Shown one piece after another: positions 1 to 10,049 of a DNA stretch of 25,206 bases. The notes under the pieces were generated by a model. The model searched no databases. It saw only the letters and a program-made list of their open reading frames with translations, and was not told where the DNA came from. Both the position numbers and the translations under genes were made by a program. Position 1 is the first letter of the stretch; each line of letters starts with the position of its first letter. The stretch is from contig JANKJI020000004.1 in NCBI GenBank assembly GCA_024626585.2, forward strand, positions 143,639,803 through 143,665,008, read 5' to 3'. Origin of the DNA: Ginkgo biloba (lineage: Eukaryota > Plantae > Ginkgophyta).

Positions 1-399
1 TGGAGATAATGCTACTTGTCCCCAATTTCTTCTAAGCAAGCTTCAAATAATGTTGTGCATGCCAACCTCTACCAAATAGAAAATAATCAAATAAGGCAAA
101 ATTCCCTTCATAAGTGAGAGTCAAGGATTTGGAAGTACAATTTGGGTCAAATCTAAAGTAGAAGGATAATTGTCAATTTCAATTTTATAGTGCCAAGAAA
201 ATGATAATTTTAAGCAAAGCTACAAATTTATCAAAAAATCAATTGTTGTTGATTGTTTGATCTAGGGCTAAAATTACCAATGAGATCTAATAAACAACAC
301 CTCTTATTGCGGTCCTAGGGACAGGGTGACTGTATGGCCATTTTAAATCTTGGAGTCCTATATTTTTTTATTGAGAAAAGCATGTCAAAGGAAATTGTA

Positions 400-2139
400 A
401 AATGTTGGAGGAAGTTGTAAGAGTCTGGTAAAGTTGTAAAAATACAAGTAGTCCTAACAACAAAAAGAAGCCGCTACATTGACTTTGAGCTGAAGCACAA
501 CTTCAAATGATTTTTCCATTTCCATCATGATTGATAAAGTAGAAATACAAAGTAATTGGAAGTCTTCATACAATAAGGTTTCAAAATCCAATGGCAGATT
601 GATAAGAGACTACTTCAATAAGTTAGATAATTCATCTAAACTTCAACAAAAATTAAAGTTGCATCAAATCAAATTGCCAAGTGGGAAAGACATGTAAAAT
701 CACAAGAAGATCTAACATAACAAAGGATTCTAACAACTGTGATTGACTCTAATAGATCAATGGTTTAGAGTAGAGTGTAAAGGGGGGAGAGGTTTAAACA
801 ATGCAAGAAGCCCTAATAAATAACAAAAGGCTCTGACAAGTAGACAATAGTCTCGATATTGCACCAATGCACGTTAGAACCTTCTCACACTCCAACCTAG
901 CCTCCACACTAGCTCCTCTACCATATGGAAAATGTCCACTCCATCTAAGGTTTAACATAGAAGTTGAATGGAACAATTTTATAATTTTTTTATAGATGGA
1001 AGTATTATAAAGGCTCGGTAGAGCTCAATTAGATTACCAACAAAGAAAGAGATGTTAGACAAGACTAAGTGTCATAAAGGTTGTAGACAATTCTCTAATT
1101 CTTCCCTCTTTATCTTCAAGCTTTAAGCTTTAGCTTCCATTCTATAAAATTATAAGTTGATTCTCATGTAATGCAACAATTCTATACACTATGATGAACA
1201 ATTTTGTCTCGAGGGATATTAAACTCTATAAATTAGTGGACCTTGATTTCGTTTCCAAGTTTGATGCAAAGTTATGCAAAGCATATGATTTTCTTTCATT
1301 AATAAAAGAATTCTTTCCATATGACCACAACTTTTGAATGTGATTTTACGCTTGCTTTAATTTGCTTTTGTTGGACTCATTCTAGGTTTCAAATCCAAGT
1401 AGCAACCATTTTTAACTCAAGATGCATACATAACTTTAGCTCTATAAAAATAGCCAATAAATTAAATCTTTAGACTAAGAAACATTGCAACACCTACACT
1501 AATGGGGTAGTTAACAAAAGATATATATGAATTTAATTTTTATATGTGAAACTTAAAATCCAATATCTATCAAAAGAACGAGCATGACACTTTGAAATCA
1601 TGCCTATACGTAGACATGATGTATCTTAAATTCAATTGCTTATACACTTACAACCCACATATTCACTCATAAGATAATACCTTAACTCTTGATTTAAAAT
1701 GTTTAAAGTATAAATTAGAATGGTATTTACAATGCCCTACAACCATTAGTTTCAACCATTGAGGTGTTTTAAGAATTACATTAAAAAGCCACTTGCACAA
1801 TAACTAGAGTAGGAAAAATTGACACAAATATTTTATGTATCTAAATAGACAACCATTAATTCCATTACAAATATGAATATTTATTTCCAAAAGAGTTGTC
1901 AACCTCACTTCCACTAGAAAGGGTGATAGATAATGCTATTGATCTAGAGTTGGGTGCTAGGTTGATATCACGTCCACAATCTAGAACATCTCTAAAACAT
2001 GTAGCACTCAGAAATGTCTATTGGTAAATAATACATTTGACACAAAATTAGTCCATTTTGTTCATATTGATAATTGTGAAGAAAAATATGGATCAATGTG
2101 GTTTTTTGTAGATTCTTGCATAATCAACAAGATGACTAT
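400..2139 (+). mobile_element. Degenerate Ty3/gypsy LTR retrotransposon fragment A (possible gag remnant, aspartic protease, RT N-terminus), truncated by a solo LTR
   Basis: Hand translation gives a protease-like ATIFNSRCIHNF..KIANKLNL at about 1399-1470, FPKELSTSLPLERVIDNAIDLELGARLISRP at about 1885-1980 (compare FP.ELP.LPP.R.IDHAI.L.PGA.PI.RP), and K.GSMWFFVDSCIINKMTI at about 2080-2140 (compare KKDGSMRFCVDYRALNK.TI). Protease directly followed by RT is the gypsy order. The 5' boundary and the gag assignment (400-1100) are weak. Confidence 0.8.
1399..1700 (+). pseudogene. Retrotransposon aspartic protease remnant (element A)
   Basis: The DSG active site appears as N-S-R (AAC TCA AGA) followed by HNF. 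Downstream, RHDV.L..N.LYTYNPHIH..DNTLTL matches the DVILG..WL..YNP.IDW motif, with frameshifts and stops. Confidence 0.7.
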
Positions 2140-2987
2140 TGATGCATCGAATTGGGTGGAATCCACAAATGATGAATCTCATAAAAATGAAGGCAAGATA
2201 AAAATTGGCCCGCATCAATAAAATCCAATGTTTGCTAACAATTGAACAACTTAGATAGGTAGGGAATGTATGGGCAACCTTAACGGCATAGGTCTAAAGA
2301 AAAAAATTGGCCTCTACTACAACTTACGCACAATCAAGCATATTGTCTTCTCCTAAGCACTACACTTTCTTCTGTTTGGCATCAGTGCTCTTTTTCCTCA
2401 TCACCAAAAACTTGAGAAACTTGTCCTATGAATGTGCACCTTCGCACACGTGACTTCATTGTTCAATATCCACATCAAATCTAGATCTGCATGGATACGA
2501 ATGCAACAACAAACTAGATTCTTGAACAAGATTAAGAATTTAATTAGAAAAACATAAGAATCTAACAAAGCCAAAAAGAGAAGATAATATTAACTTTAAA
2601 CTAACAACATTTCATTAGGAGAAGAAATGAAGAATTACAATGTAATAAAACACAAGCCCAAGGCATCCTTATAAGGACCCCAAAGGTGATCATAATAGAA
2701 TGGAGAGCAATGCACAAGTCTCATACACCACTCATTCAATCATACATGCTTCCTCATGCAACTAAAGTCTACAACAATCTACTAAAGGACTTATTTATGC
2801 AAGGAGACCATGTACACCAAAAAGATTGCGACACCTAATAGGAGAAACCAATGGTCGAGAATACTCCTATTAAATAATTAATAAAAAGGGTATTATCCTC
2901 ATAATGAATTCCCTTTGGCCATATTCCTCTAAGGCTAGACCTCTATGAGACTCAGTGTTAGGCCTCTATGTATCCTACAACACATCA
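2140..2987 (-). mobile_element. Solo LTR (about 848 bp) inserted into the RT of element A
   Basis: Termini TGATG (2140) ... CATCA (2987) form the canonical TG..CA inverted ends, and RT homology stops exactly at 2140. The left flank is ACTAT and the first right-flank base (2988) is A; the rest lies in an N gap. On the minus strand a TATA-like CCTTATAAGG (2667-2676) is followed by TGTAAT and AATGAAA. Confidence 0.7.
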
Positions 2988-3199
2988 ANNNNNNNNNNNN
3001 NNNNNNNNNNNNNNNNNNNNNNNNNNNNNNNNNNNNNNNNNNNNNNNNNNNNNNNNNNNNNNNNNNNNNNNNNNNNNNNNNNNNNNNNTAGTTTGTACCA
3101 TGGAAATGTGCACGCTACCACAATGTCACTCTATAAATGTGCATATTTACATAGTGTTATTTTTCTCAAAAATCATGCATAGCTAGCCTTTGAAACTTC

Positions 3200-3547
3200 A
3201 CTGATAGTTGGGATTCATCATTATGTAGAGATTATAATTGCCAAAATTGGATTACCCCCTTGGAGTTCGATTAATTTACTTTTGCTATACTTTGTCAAAC
3301 CCTCCAACACCAAGTGGGTACATCACTTCCATGATTGATTCTAATATTATGAACCACATCTAGAACATGCCAATTTGTGTCAAAATTTAGAATTTGTATT
3401 CTTTATTGACATTATTAATATTTATTTTCTATGGTCAACAAAAAATTCATATCAAATATTGCAAGCTTAGTCATAGAGAGAATATCATAACCAAATTAAG
3501 AAGTGTCGTAAGCCCCACCCAATCAAATAAGTTTATTCATATTTATA
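3200..3547 (+). repeat. 5' LTR / leader remnant of element B
   Basis: 3387-3485 matches 9946-10044 (about 21 mismatches in 99 nt by hand count), with weaker patches such as 3205-3230 vs 9770-9797. A degenerate PBS-like TAACATCAGAA (compare TGGTATCAGAG) lies at 3549-3559. Confidence 0.6.
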
Positions 3548-3893
3548 TTAACATCAGAAGAAGGTAAATTTAACCAACTAGGTGAACTAGAAGATTACGT
3601 TGAGGGTTCTCTAGAGGGTAGACCAAATGTGGATAATAAATCAACAAATGAAGAAACAACAAAGTGAAACTAGAAAGGTGGTTAGAGAACTCATAAATTT
3701 GTTGACCCAATTACAAATATCAAACTTTAAACTACTTGTTCAACTAGTGATAGTAATACGAATAATAATAATGCCATCCTACTGCTAGTTGCTACCATTC
3801 CTTCATCTTCTCTACATTTTTTTCTTTTACCCTATTTATCTCATTTTGTTCCTTAGATTCCACTTAATTCTATGAGTCAATAAGTTCTTGGGA

Positions 3894-4383
3894 AAACCTT
3901 TCTAGAGTAGAGTTTAAGGGGGAAATATAAATTTTTTATGGAAGAATGAATGTCAAAACTCTTGATTCTTGTATTTTTAGAGGTATATTTTTCTTTTCAT
4001 AATTATAGTTATATGTAAATAATAACTTTTATAAGATTAAAGATGTCTAAAAAATATTTACTCTAATGGGAATATTATTATAGGGAATGAGAGTAAAATA
4101 AGAAGGTGTCCATTGTTTCAAATTTCATGGGATAAATTTAAGAAGGAATTATACCACAACTTTTATCCTCTTGGTTATGAGGATGATTTGTATTTGAAGT
4201 GGTAGTTCTTGTGGAATAATTTAAGACAAACCCTTAAAGACTATTATGGAGAGTTATTATATTTAGTTATTTAATTATAAATCAAGGAACCTAAGAGGAA
4301 GTTGTTACTTAAACTTATTAGAGCTATTCATTACTAGCTTTTATATGAAGACACAATTTTTCCATTATTTTTCATGTAGGAGG
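3894..4383 (+). pseudogene. gag (retrotrans_gag domain) of element B
   Basis: Translation gives KP.RVEFKGEI..FYG.MNVKTLDS, LEVYFSFHNYS, ITFIRLKMSK..LL*WE and SWDKFKKELYHNFYPLGYEDDLYLKW*FL..N.RQTLKDY. This is a typical plant gypsy capsid motif with multiple stops and frameshifts. Confidence 0.85.
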
Positions 4384-5281
4384 NNNNNNNNNNNNNNNNN
4401 NNNNNNNNNNNNNNNNNNNNNNNNNNNNNNNNNNNNNNNNNNNNNNNNNNNNNNNNNNNNNNNNNNNNNNNNNNNNNNNNNNNNNNNNNNNNNNNNNNNN
4501 NNNNNNNNNNNNNNNNNNNNNNNNNNNNNNNNNNNNNNNNNNNNNNNNNNNNNNNNNNNNNNNNNNNNNNNNNNNNNNNNNNNNNNNNNNNNNNNNNNNN
4601 NNNNNNNNNNNNNNNNNNNNNNNNNNNNNNNNNNNNNNNNNNNNNNNNNNNNNNNNNNNNNNNNNNNNNNNNNNNNNNNNNNNNNNNNNNNNNNNNNNNN
4701 NNNNNNNNNNNNNNNNNNNNNNNNNNNNNNNNNNNNNNNNNNNNNNNNNNNNNNNNNNNNNNNNNNNNNNNNNNNNNNNNNNNNNNNNNNNNNNNNNNNN
4801 NNNNNNNNNNNNNNNNNNNNNNNNNNNNNNNNNNNNNNNNNNNNNNNNNNNNNNNNNNNNNNNNNNNNNNNNNNNNNNNNNNNNNNNNNNNNNNNNNNNN
4901 NNNNNNNNNNNNNNNNNNNNNNNNNNNNNNNNNNNNNNNNNNNNNNNNNNNNNNNNNNNNNNNNNNNNNNNNNNNNNNNNNNNNNNNNNNNNNNNNNNNN
5001 NNNNNNNNNNNNNNNNNNNNNNNNNNNNNNNNNNNNNNNNNNNNNNNNNNNNNNNNNNNNNNNNNNNNNNNNNNNNNNNNNNNNNNNNNNNNNNNNNAGG
5101 CCACCATATTACTTAATATCTCAGAAGGTAAATGGCTAGTCCAAGATTCTCAAATATTGTAATTATGCTTAGGATTTATAAGAAGTTAAGTTATAAGGAT
5201 CTATTCGATATATAATTTGTCATAAAAAATTTAACCCAATAAAATTAATGAAGTGGGATTTTGTAAGAATATGATGATAAT

Positions 5282-5960
5282 TTTCCTCCTGATAGTTTTA
5301 TTACTCATGTTATTGATTCGATTCTAGGGTCATTGTTGCCCAATGGAGTGATCTATTAGAAGTCAATGATGGAGCATGATAAGATCACAAGATAGTTGGG
5401 GGAATTTCTAAAGAGATGGCATATCTATCCAAGTTATTCTCCATGTGGATCACTAATCATTTACATGCCAAAGAAAGATGGCACATGGTGCATGTCCATT
5501 GATTTTTTATCCATCAATAAGATAACTATTAAAAATCTCTCTCCTCTATCCTGCACTAATGATTTGCTCAACTAGATATAGGGAGATAAATTCCTCAATA
5601 AAATTGACTCAAAGCCTACATATCATCAAGTCTATACCAAAGAGGAGGATACATGGAAGACTACTTTTAAAATAAAGCAAGGTCTCTTTGAATGGTGAAT
5701 CATATTTTTTGCGTTAACCGATGCTCTAACTACTTTTTTGGGTTTATAAACAATGCTTCTAAACCATATCTTGGGTATTTTATAATTGTGTGTCTTAATG
5801 ACACATTAATCTTTAATTAAACCTGGAAGGATCACCTTTTGAACCTATAAAGAGTCTTGTAGAAGCTAAGAGAAAATAAAATATAAGAAAACATAGGTAA
5901 ATGTAATTTTATAGTGCATAATATTTTTCATCTTAAGAGACCTATAAATATTTTTCATGT
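5282..5960 (+). pseudogene. Reverse transcriptase domain of element B
   Basis: Translation gives HIYPSYSPCGSLIIYMPKKDGTWCMSIDFLSINKITIKN, KIDSKPTYHQV..KEEDTWKTTFKIKQGLFEW, and IVCLNDTLIF (YLDD decayed to CLND at 5791-5802), then GKCNF. Many in-frame stops. Confidence 0.95.
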
Positions 5961-6560
5961 TAATTTTAGATTAACATGGACTAAGGGTAGAACCAACAAA
6001 TATTAAAGTCTTATGAGACTAGAAGAGACCTATAAATATCCATGAGGTTTTTATTTTCCTTAGACTAACCAACTTCTATAGGAAGTTCATTCAAGGATTG
6101 TTTTAGATTAATTTTCCTCTTAGTTAAATCATAAAGGAAAAGAATTATTTTGTATGGAATGAGGAATAATNNNNNNNNNNNNNNNNGCTTTTAATTTGTT
6201 GAAACATATCCTGTGTACTATACTAATTTTGGCTATCCAAAACTTATAGTTTCACTTTGAAATAGAAGAAGATGTATCAATACATGATATTAGATAAATC
6301 CCCACTCAATTAGTCAAATTAGTTGCCTACCATTATAAGTATTACATTGTTGTAGTGTAGAGGTATAATACCTACCATAAGGAGATATACATTATAGTAT
6401 AAATTATTAATCATTAGAAGTGTGGGGAGGAAATTATCACCCATTTTAAGAATCCACCACTCAAGTGTTTGCATTCCTAGGCTAAGTTAGAAGACCATCA
6501 ACTTGTGAAGTCAATAGGGTAACTAAAATAATTATATATATTCATCAAATACAATAATAG
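5961..6560 (+). pseudogene. RT connection / RNase H domain of element B
   Basis: Translation gives LTNFYRKFIQG, FEIEEDVS (compare FEIETDAS), LVAYH, and YNTYHKEIYIIV (compare YSTYDKEMYAIV). Confidence 0.85.
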
Positions 6561-6819
6561 GAGCACCAACAAATTATTTGGATTCTTCAGTTGTCATCAA
6601 GTCATTCATTATTATAGGCATTTGATGCTAAATATTTTGATTTTGAAGAATGGAAACATATGTATGTAGTTGATTTAGATTTCATTTGTATTGTGGCACA
6701 ACTAATTGATACTTAAGTAGAGAAAATTGATTTCATATGATATTTTCATTTTAAATAGGGATTATTGTATAAACTAGGATTACTTTATATACCTAGTAAT
6801 ATCTCTCAAACTTATTTTA

Positions 6820-7486
6820 TTCAAAAGATCATCACTCTATGTTGGTTGGGCACTTTCGAGTTTATAATACCTTGGCCCATTTATAATGATATTTTTATTA
6901 GTCATATATGTAGGTTGATAGAGAGCGTCACATTAGATCTTGTTCACTTTTTTATATCTCTAAGTGTTCCTCTTTGAATCTTAGAAAATATCATCTAATT
7001 CAAATGGCTTACCTATTATGGGAGTCTATATCCATGGAATTTTGGGAATAATTTCCTCTCATATAGTATGCACATGACTACATATTTATGGTCATTAATA
7101 TATTCAACAATATATCCATTTTGATGGCTTGCTATAAATCCATTCCAACTCTATAGGTGGCTAAGATATTTTTCACTCATATTTGGGTTTAATATAATTT
7201 ACCTTCTTCCATTATTTTTTATTGAGATAGTAGATTTATCAATCATTTCTAGATTATTATTTGGACGATGATAGACCACAAACTTTAGCAGTCCTCTTCG
7301 TGTCATCCATAGGTGATGGGTAGATAGAGTTTATCAATAGGAAATTGGTTCATGCTCTCTATATTTATAACCATAGTCATCCCAAGACTTGGGATGATTC
7401 CCTGCCATATATATAGAATAGTTATAATAGATTATCCCTTCATTATTATATTGACCTATCTCCTTTTGCAGCATACTTGGGATTCC
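6820..7486 (+). pseudogene. Integrase zinc-binding and core domains of element B
   Basis: Translation gives HHSMLVGHF ... VDRERHIRSCS (HHCC region), WESISMEF, HDYIFMVINIFNNISILMAC, LPSSII..*DSRFINHF, HP*.DG*IEFINRKLVHAL and SPFAAYLGF. Confidence 0.9.
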
Positions 7487-8540
7487 NNNNNNNNNNNNNN
7501 NNNNNNNNNNNNNNNNNNNNNNNNNNNNNNNNNNNNNNNNNNNNNNNNNNNNNNNNNNNNNNNNNNNNNNNNNNNNNNNNNNNNNNNNNNNNNNNNNNNN
7601 NNNNNNNNNNNNNNNNNNNNNNNNNNNNNNNNNNNNNNNNNNNNNNNNNNNNNNNNNNNNNNNNNNNNNNNNNNNNNNNNNNNNNNNNNNNNNNNNNNNN
7701 NNNNNNNNNNNNNNNNNNNNNNNNNNNNNNNNNNNNNNNNNNNNNNNNNNNNNNNNNNNNNNNNNNNNNNNNNNNNNNNNNNNNNNNNNNNNNNNNNNNN
7801 NNNNNNNNNNNNNNNNNNNNNNNNNNNNNNNNNNNNNNNNNNNNNNNNNNNNNNNNNNNNNNNNNNNNNNNNNNNNNNNNNNNNNNNNNNNNNNNNNNNN
7901 NNNNNNNNNNNNNNNNNNNNNNNNNNNNNNNNNNNNNNNNNNNNNNNNNNNNNNNNNNNNNNNNNNNNNNNNNNNNNNNNNNNNNNNNNNNNNNNNNNNN
8001 NNNNNNNNNNNNNNNNNNNNNNNNNNNNNNNNNNNNNNNNNNNNNNNNNNNNNNNNNNNNNNNNNNNNNNNNNNNNNNNNNNNNNNNNNNNNNNNNNNNN
8101 NNNNNNNNNNNNNNNNNNNNNNNNNNNNNNNNNNNNNNNNNNNNNNNNNNNNNNNNNNNNNNNNNNNNNNNNNNNNNNNNNNNNNNNNNNNNNNNNNNNN
8201 NNNNNNNNNNNNNNNNNNNNNNNNNNNNNNNNNNNNNNNNNNNNNNNNNNNNNNNNNNNNNNNNNNNNNNNNNNNNNNNNNNNNNNNNNNNNNNNNNNNN
8301 NNNNNNNNNNNNNNNNNNNNNNNNNNNNNNNNNNNNNNNNNNNNNNNNNNNNNNNNNNNNNNNNNNNNNNNNNNNNNNNNNNNNNNNNNNNNNNNNNNNN
8401 NNNNNNNNNNNNNNNNNNNNNNNNNNNNNNNNNNNNNNNNNNNNNNNNNNNNNNNNNNNNNNNNNNNNNNNNNNNNNNNNNNNCTTTATGTATTTTCATC
8501 AAATTAATTCATTCATAAAAAAGGAAAAAATATGGTAACA
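7487..8540. mobile_element. Probable nested insertion of solo-LTR size, mostly hidden in an N gap, inside the integrase of element B
   Basis: The integrase reads ...SPFAAYLGF before the gap and *LALTPIDF from 8542; these segments are adjacent in canonical integrases. The visible non-coding 8484-8540 ends in ...GGTAACA, an LTR-like CA end. Confidence 0.55.
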
Positions 8541-9183
8541 TTAACTTGCTTTGACCCCTATAGATTTCCATATCTCATCTTTACCTTTTACTTATTCTTT
8601 TTCTAAGAAAAAATCTCATATATTGGCTATATACTTTATAGAGCACATTTAAGGGATTTATAAATAAGTGCATAAAGTTTTGTTAAAGGCACAATCTAAG
8701 TATAAAGAAGTAACCGACAATCATATATCAAAATATAGTTTCTAGATTGGGGATAGAGTATGGATCAATATTCTAAAGGAGATGTTTAAAAACAAGGAGT
8801 GAAATATTAAGCTACTTTGATATGGACCATATACCATCTTAGATCAATTTAGAGGTAATTGTTTTCATTTGGACTTATCTCCTTATATGGGTCCACATCT
8901 AGGTTTTCAATGTAGATAAGTTGAAGCTTTATGAGTCACCATTATTAGATGAATCAATTAAGGATTTGCCCAAGAATCCTTATTATTTGTATCTATATTG
9001 AGAAAAAACACTTAATGAATATAAGGTATTCAAGCATTAGGTTGAGAAGATGAGGTCTACCAACATTGATTTGTTATTTGTGGTAAAGAATAGATAATAT
9101 CCAAATTAGGCTAAGTCAATTACTTTGGACAGGCTATAAAAGGAGATGCCACATTTCGTGAATCAATTAATGGGGTCCATTAA
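8541..9183 (+). pseudogene. Integrase C-terminal region (GPY/F motif and chromodomain-like tail) of element B
   Basis: Translation gives LLKAQSKYKE.TD.H....F*IGDRVW, YGPYTILDQ (8821-8847), FNVDKLKLYESP and MPHFVNQLMGSI just before the PPT. Confidence 0.85.
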
Positions 9184-9189
9184 CCCTTT

Positions 9190-9201
9190 AGAGAAGAGGA
9201 A
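9190..9201 (+). promoter_or_regulatory. Polypurine tract of element B
   Basis: AGAGAAGAGGAA lies right after the pol end and is followed by T and then TGATAAG (LTR start at 9203). Confidence 0.75.
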
Positions 9202-9202
9202 T

Positions 9203-10049
9203 TGATAAGTTAATAAAGGGATGAAGGACTTAATAAGAGGTCTTATGGTTGAGACTAGAAGGGATCAAGAGGTTAAGAGGGCTTAGTACATTAGAGGGGA
9301 GGTTCTATGGCCTCAAGATTCTAATGGGGGATATGATTTGAGTGCTTACTAGTGAGGATAAGCCTCATATTATACTCAACTCATATTATCCTACATATTT
9401 AGGAGTTTTTATTTAACTGGGGCTTTCTCCTAAGCAGCACTTACATGTGTCATTCATAACTAGAGAGGGCTCCTTACATGGATGGATAGTCTAAGTTAAA
9501 CATATGGCTACATATTCATTTCTAGGAATAGGAAAGTTTAGCTTTAGCCCTTAACTCACCTATTTAATAGAGCCTTGGCCTATGTAATTTTCACTCATAT
9601 ATATTCCTCTTTATAATTATACTCTCAATTTTGTGAGAGACTTTTAATTCATTAAGCACTTTTTTTTTTAATCTAATCACCTTTCTCTTGTAAGATCTTC
9701 TTAGATTTGTATTCTAAATCCATGTGCTACTTATAAATTCTATTTCATAGTGTGAAAGTCAACTTATTTATTGTTAGGATTCTATTGTTATATCGAATCC
9801 TCGACACCACATAGGATATTATAGGGATTATATTTCTTAAGTGCTCTAGAGATAAACACTTTATCCATACCTAGTTCCAACCTTGGGAATCACCTATACA
9901 ACATACTAATTGATATTAGAGCAAGTTTGCTCTTAGGGTGAGAAGTTAGAATTTTTATTCTTTGTCCACTTTCTTAATATTTATTTTCTATGCTCAATAC
10001 AAGATCCATGTCAAAGACTGTACACTTAGTCATGAAGGGAGTATAAGCA
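9203..10049 (+). repeat. 3' LTR of element B (right end either about 9908 or inside the gap at 10050-10264)
   Basis: Starts with TG after the PPT, is non-coding, has TATA-like CTATTTAATAG (about 9560) followed by TGTAAT, and its distal part is homologous to 3387-3485. Confidence 0.75.

Larger units (their letters stand above)
3089..10049 (+). mobile_element. Near full-length pseudogenised Ty3/gypsy LTR retrotransposon B (LTR-gag-[gap]-RT-RH-IN-PPT-LTR)
   Basis: gag, RT, RNase H and integrase motifs occur in gypsy order on +. A PPT followed by TG lies at 9190-9204. 3387-3485 aligns without gaps to 9946-10044. Both outer ends fall near or in N gaps. Confidence 0.92.

Noticed and set aside
779-792. 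AAAGGGGGGAGAGG resembling a copia PPT
   Set aside because: It is not followed by a TG LTR start, no copia RT/RH is recognisable upstream, and it lies within the putative gag of element A.
4334-5139. Long ORFs of 257-264 aa in the track
   Set aside because: Almost entirely X from the N gap. The same applies to the ORFs at 2955-3186, 7352-8538, 9962-10415, 14778-14963, 18335-18606 and 21578-21832.
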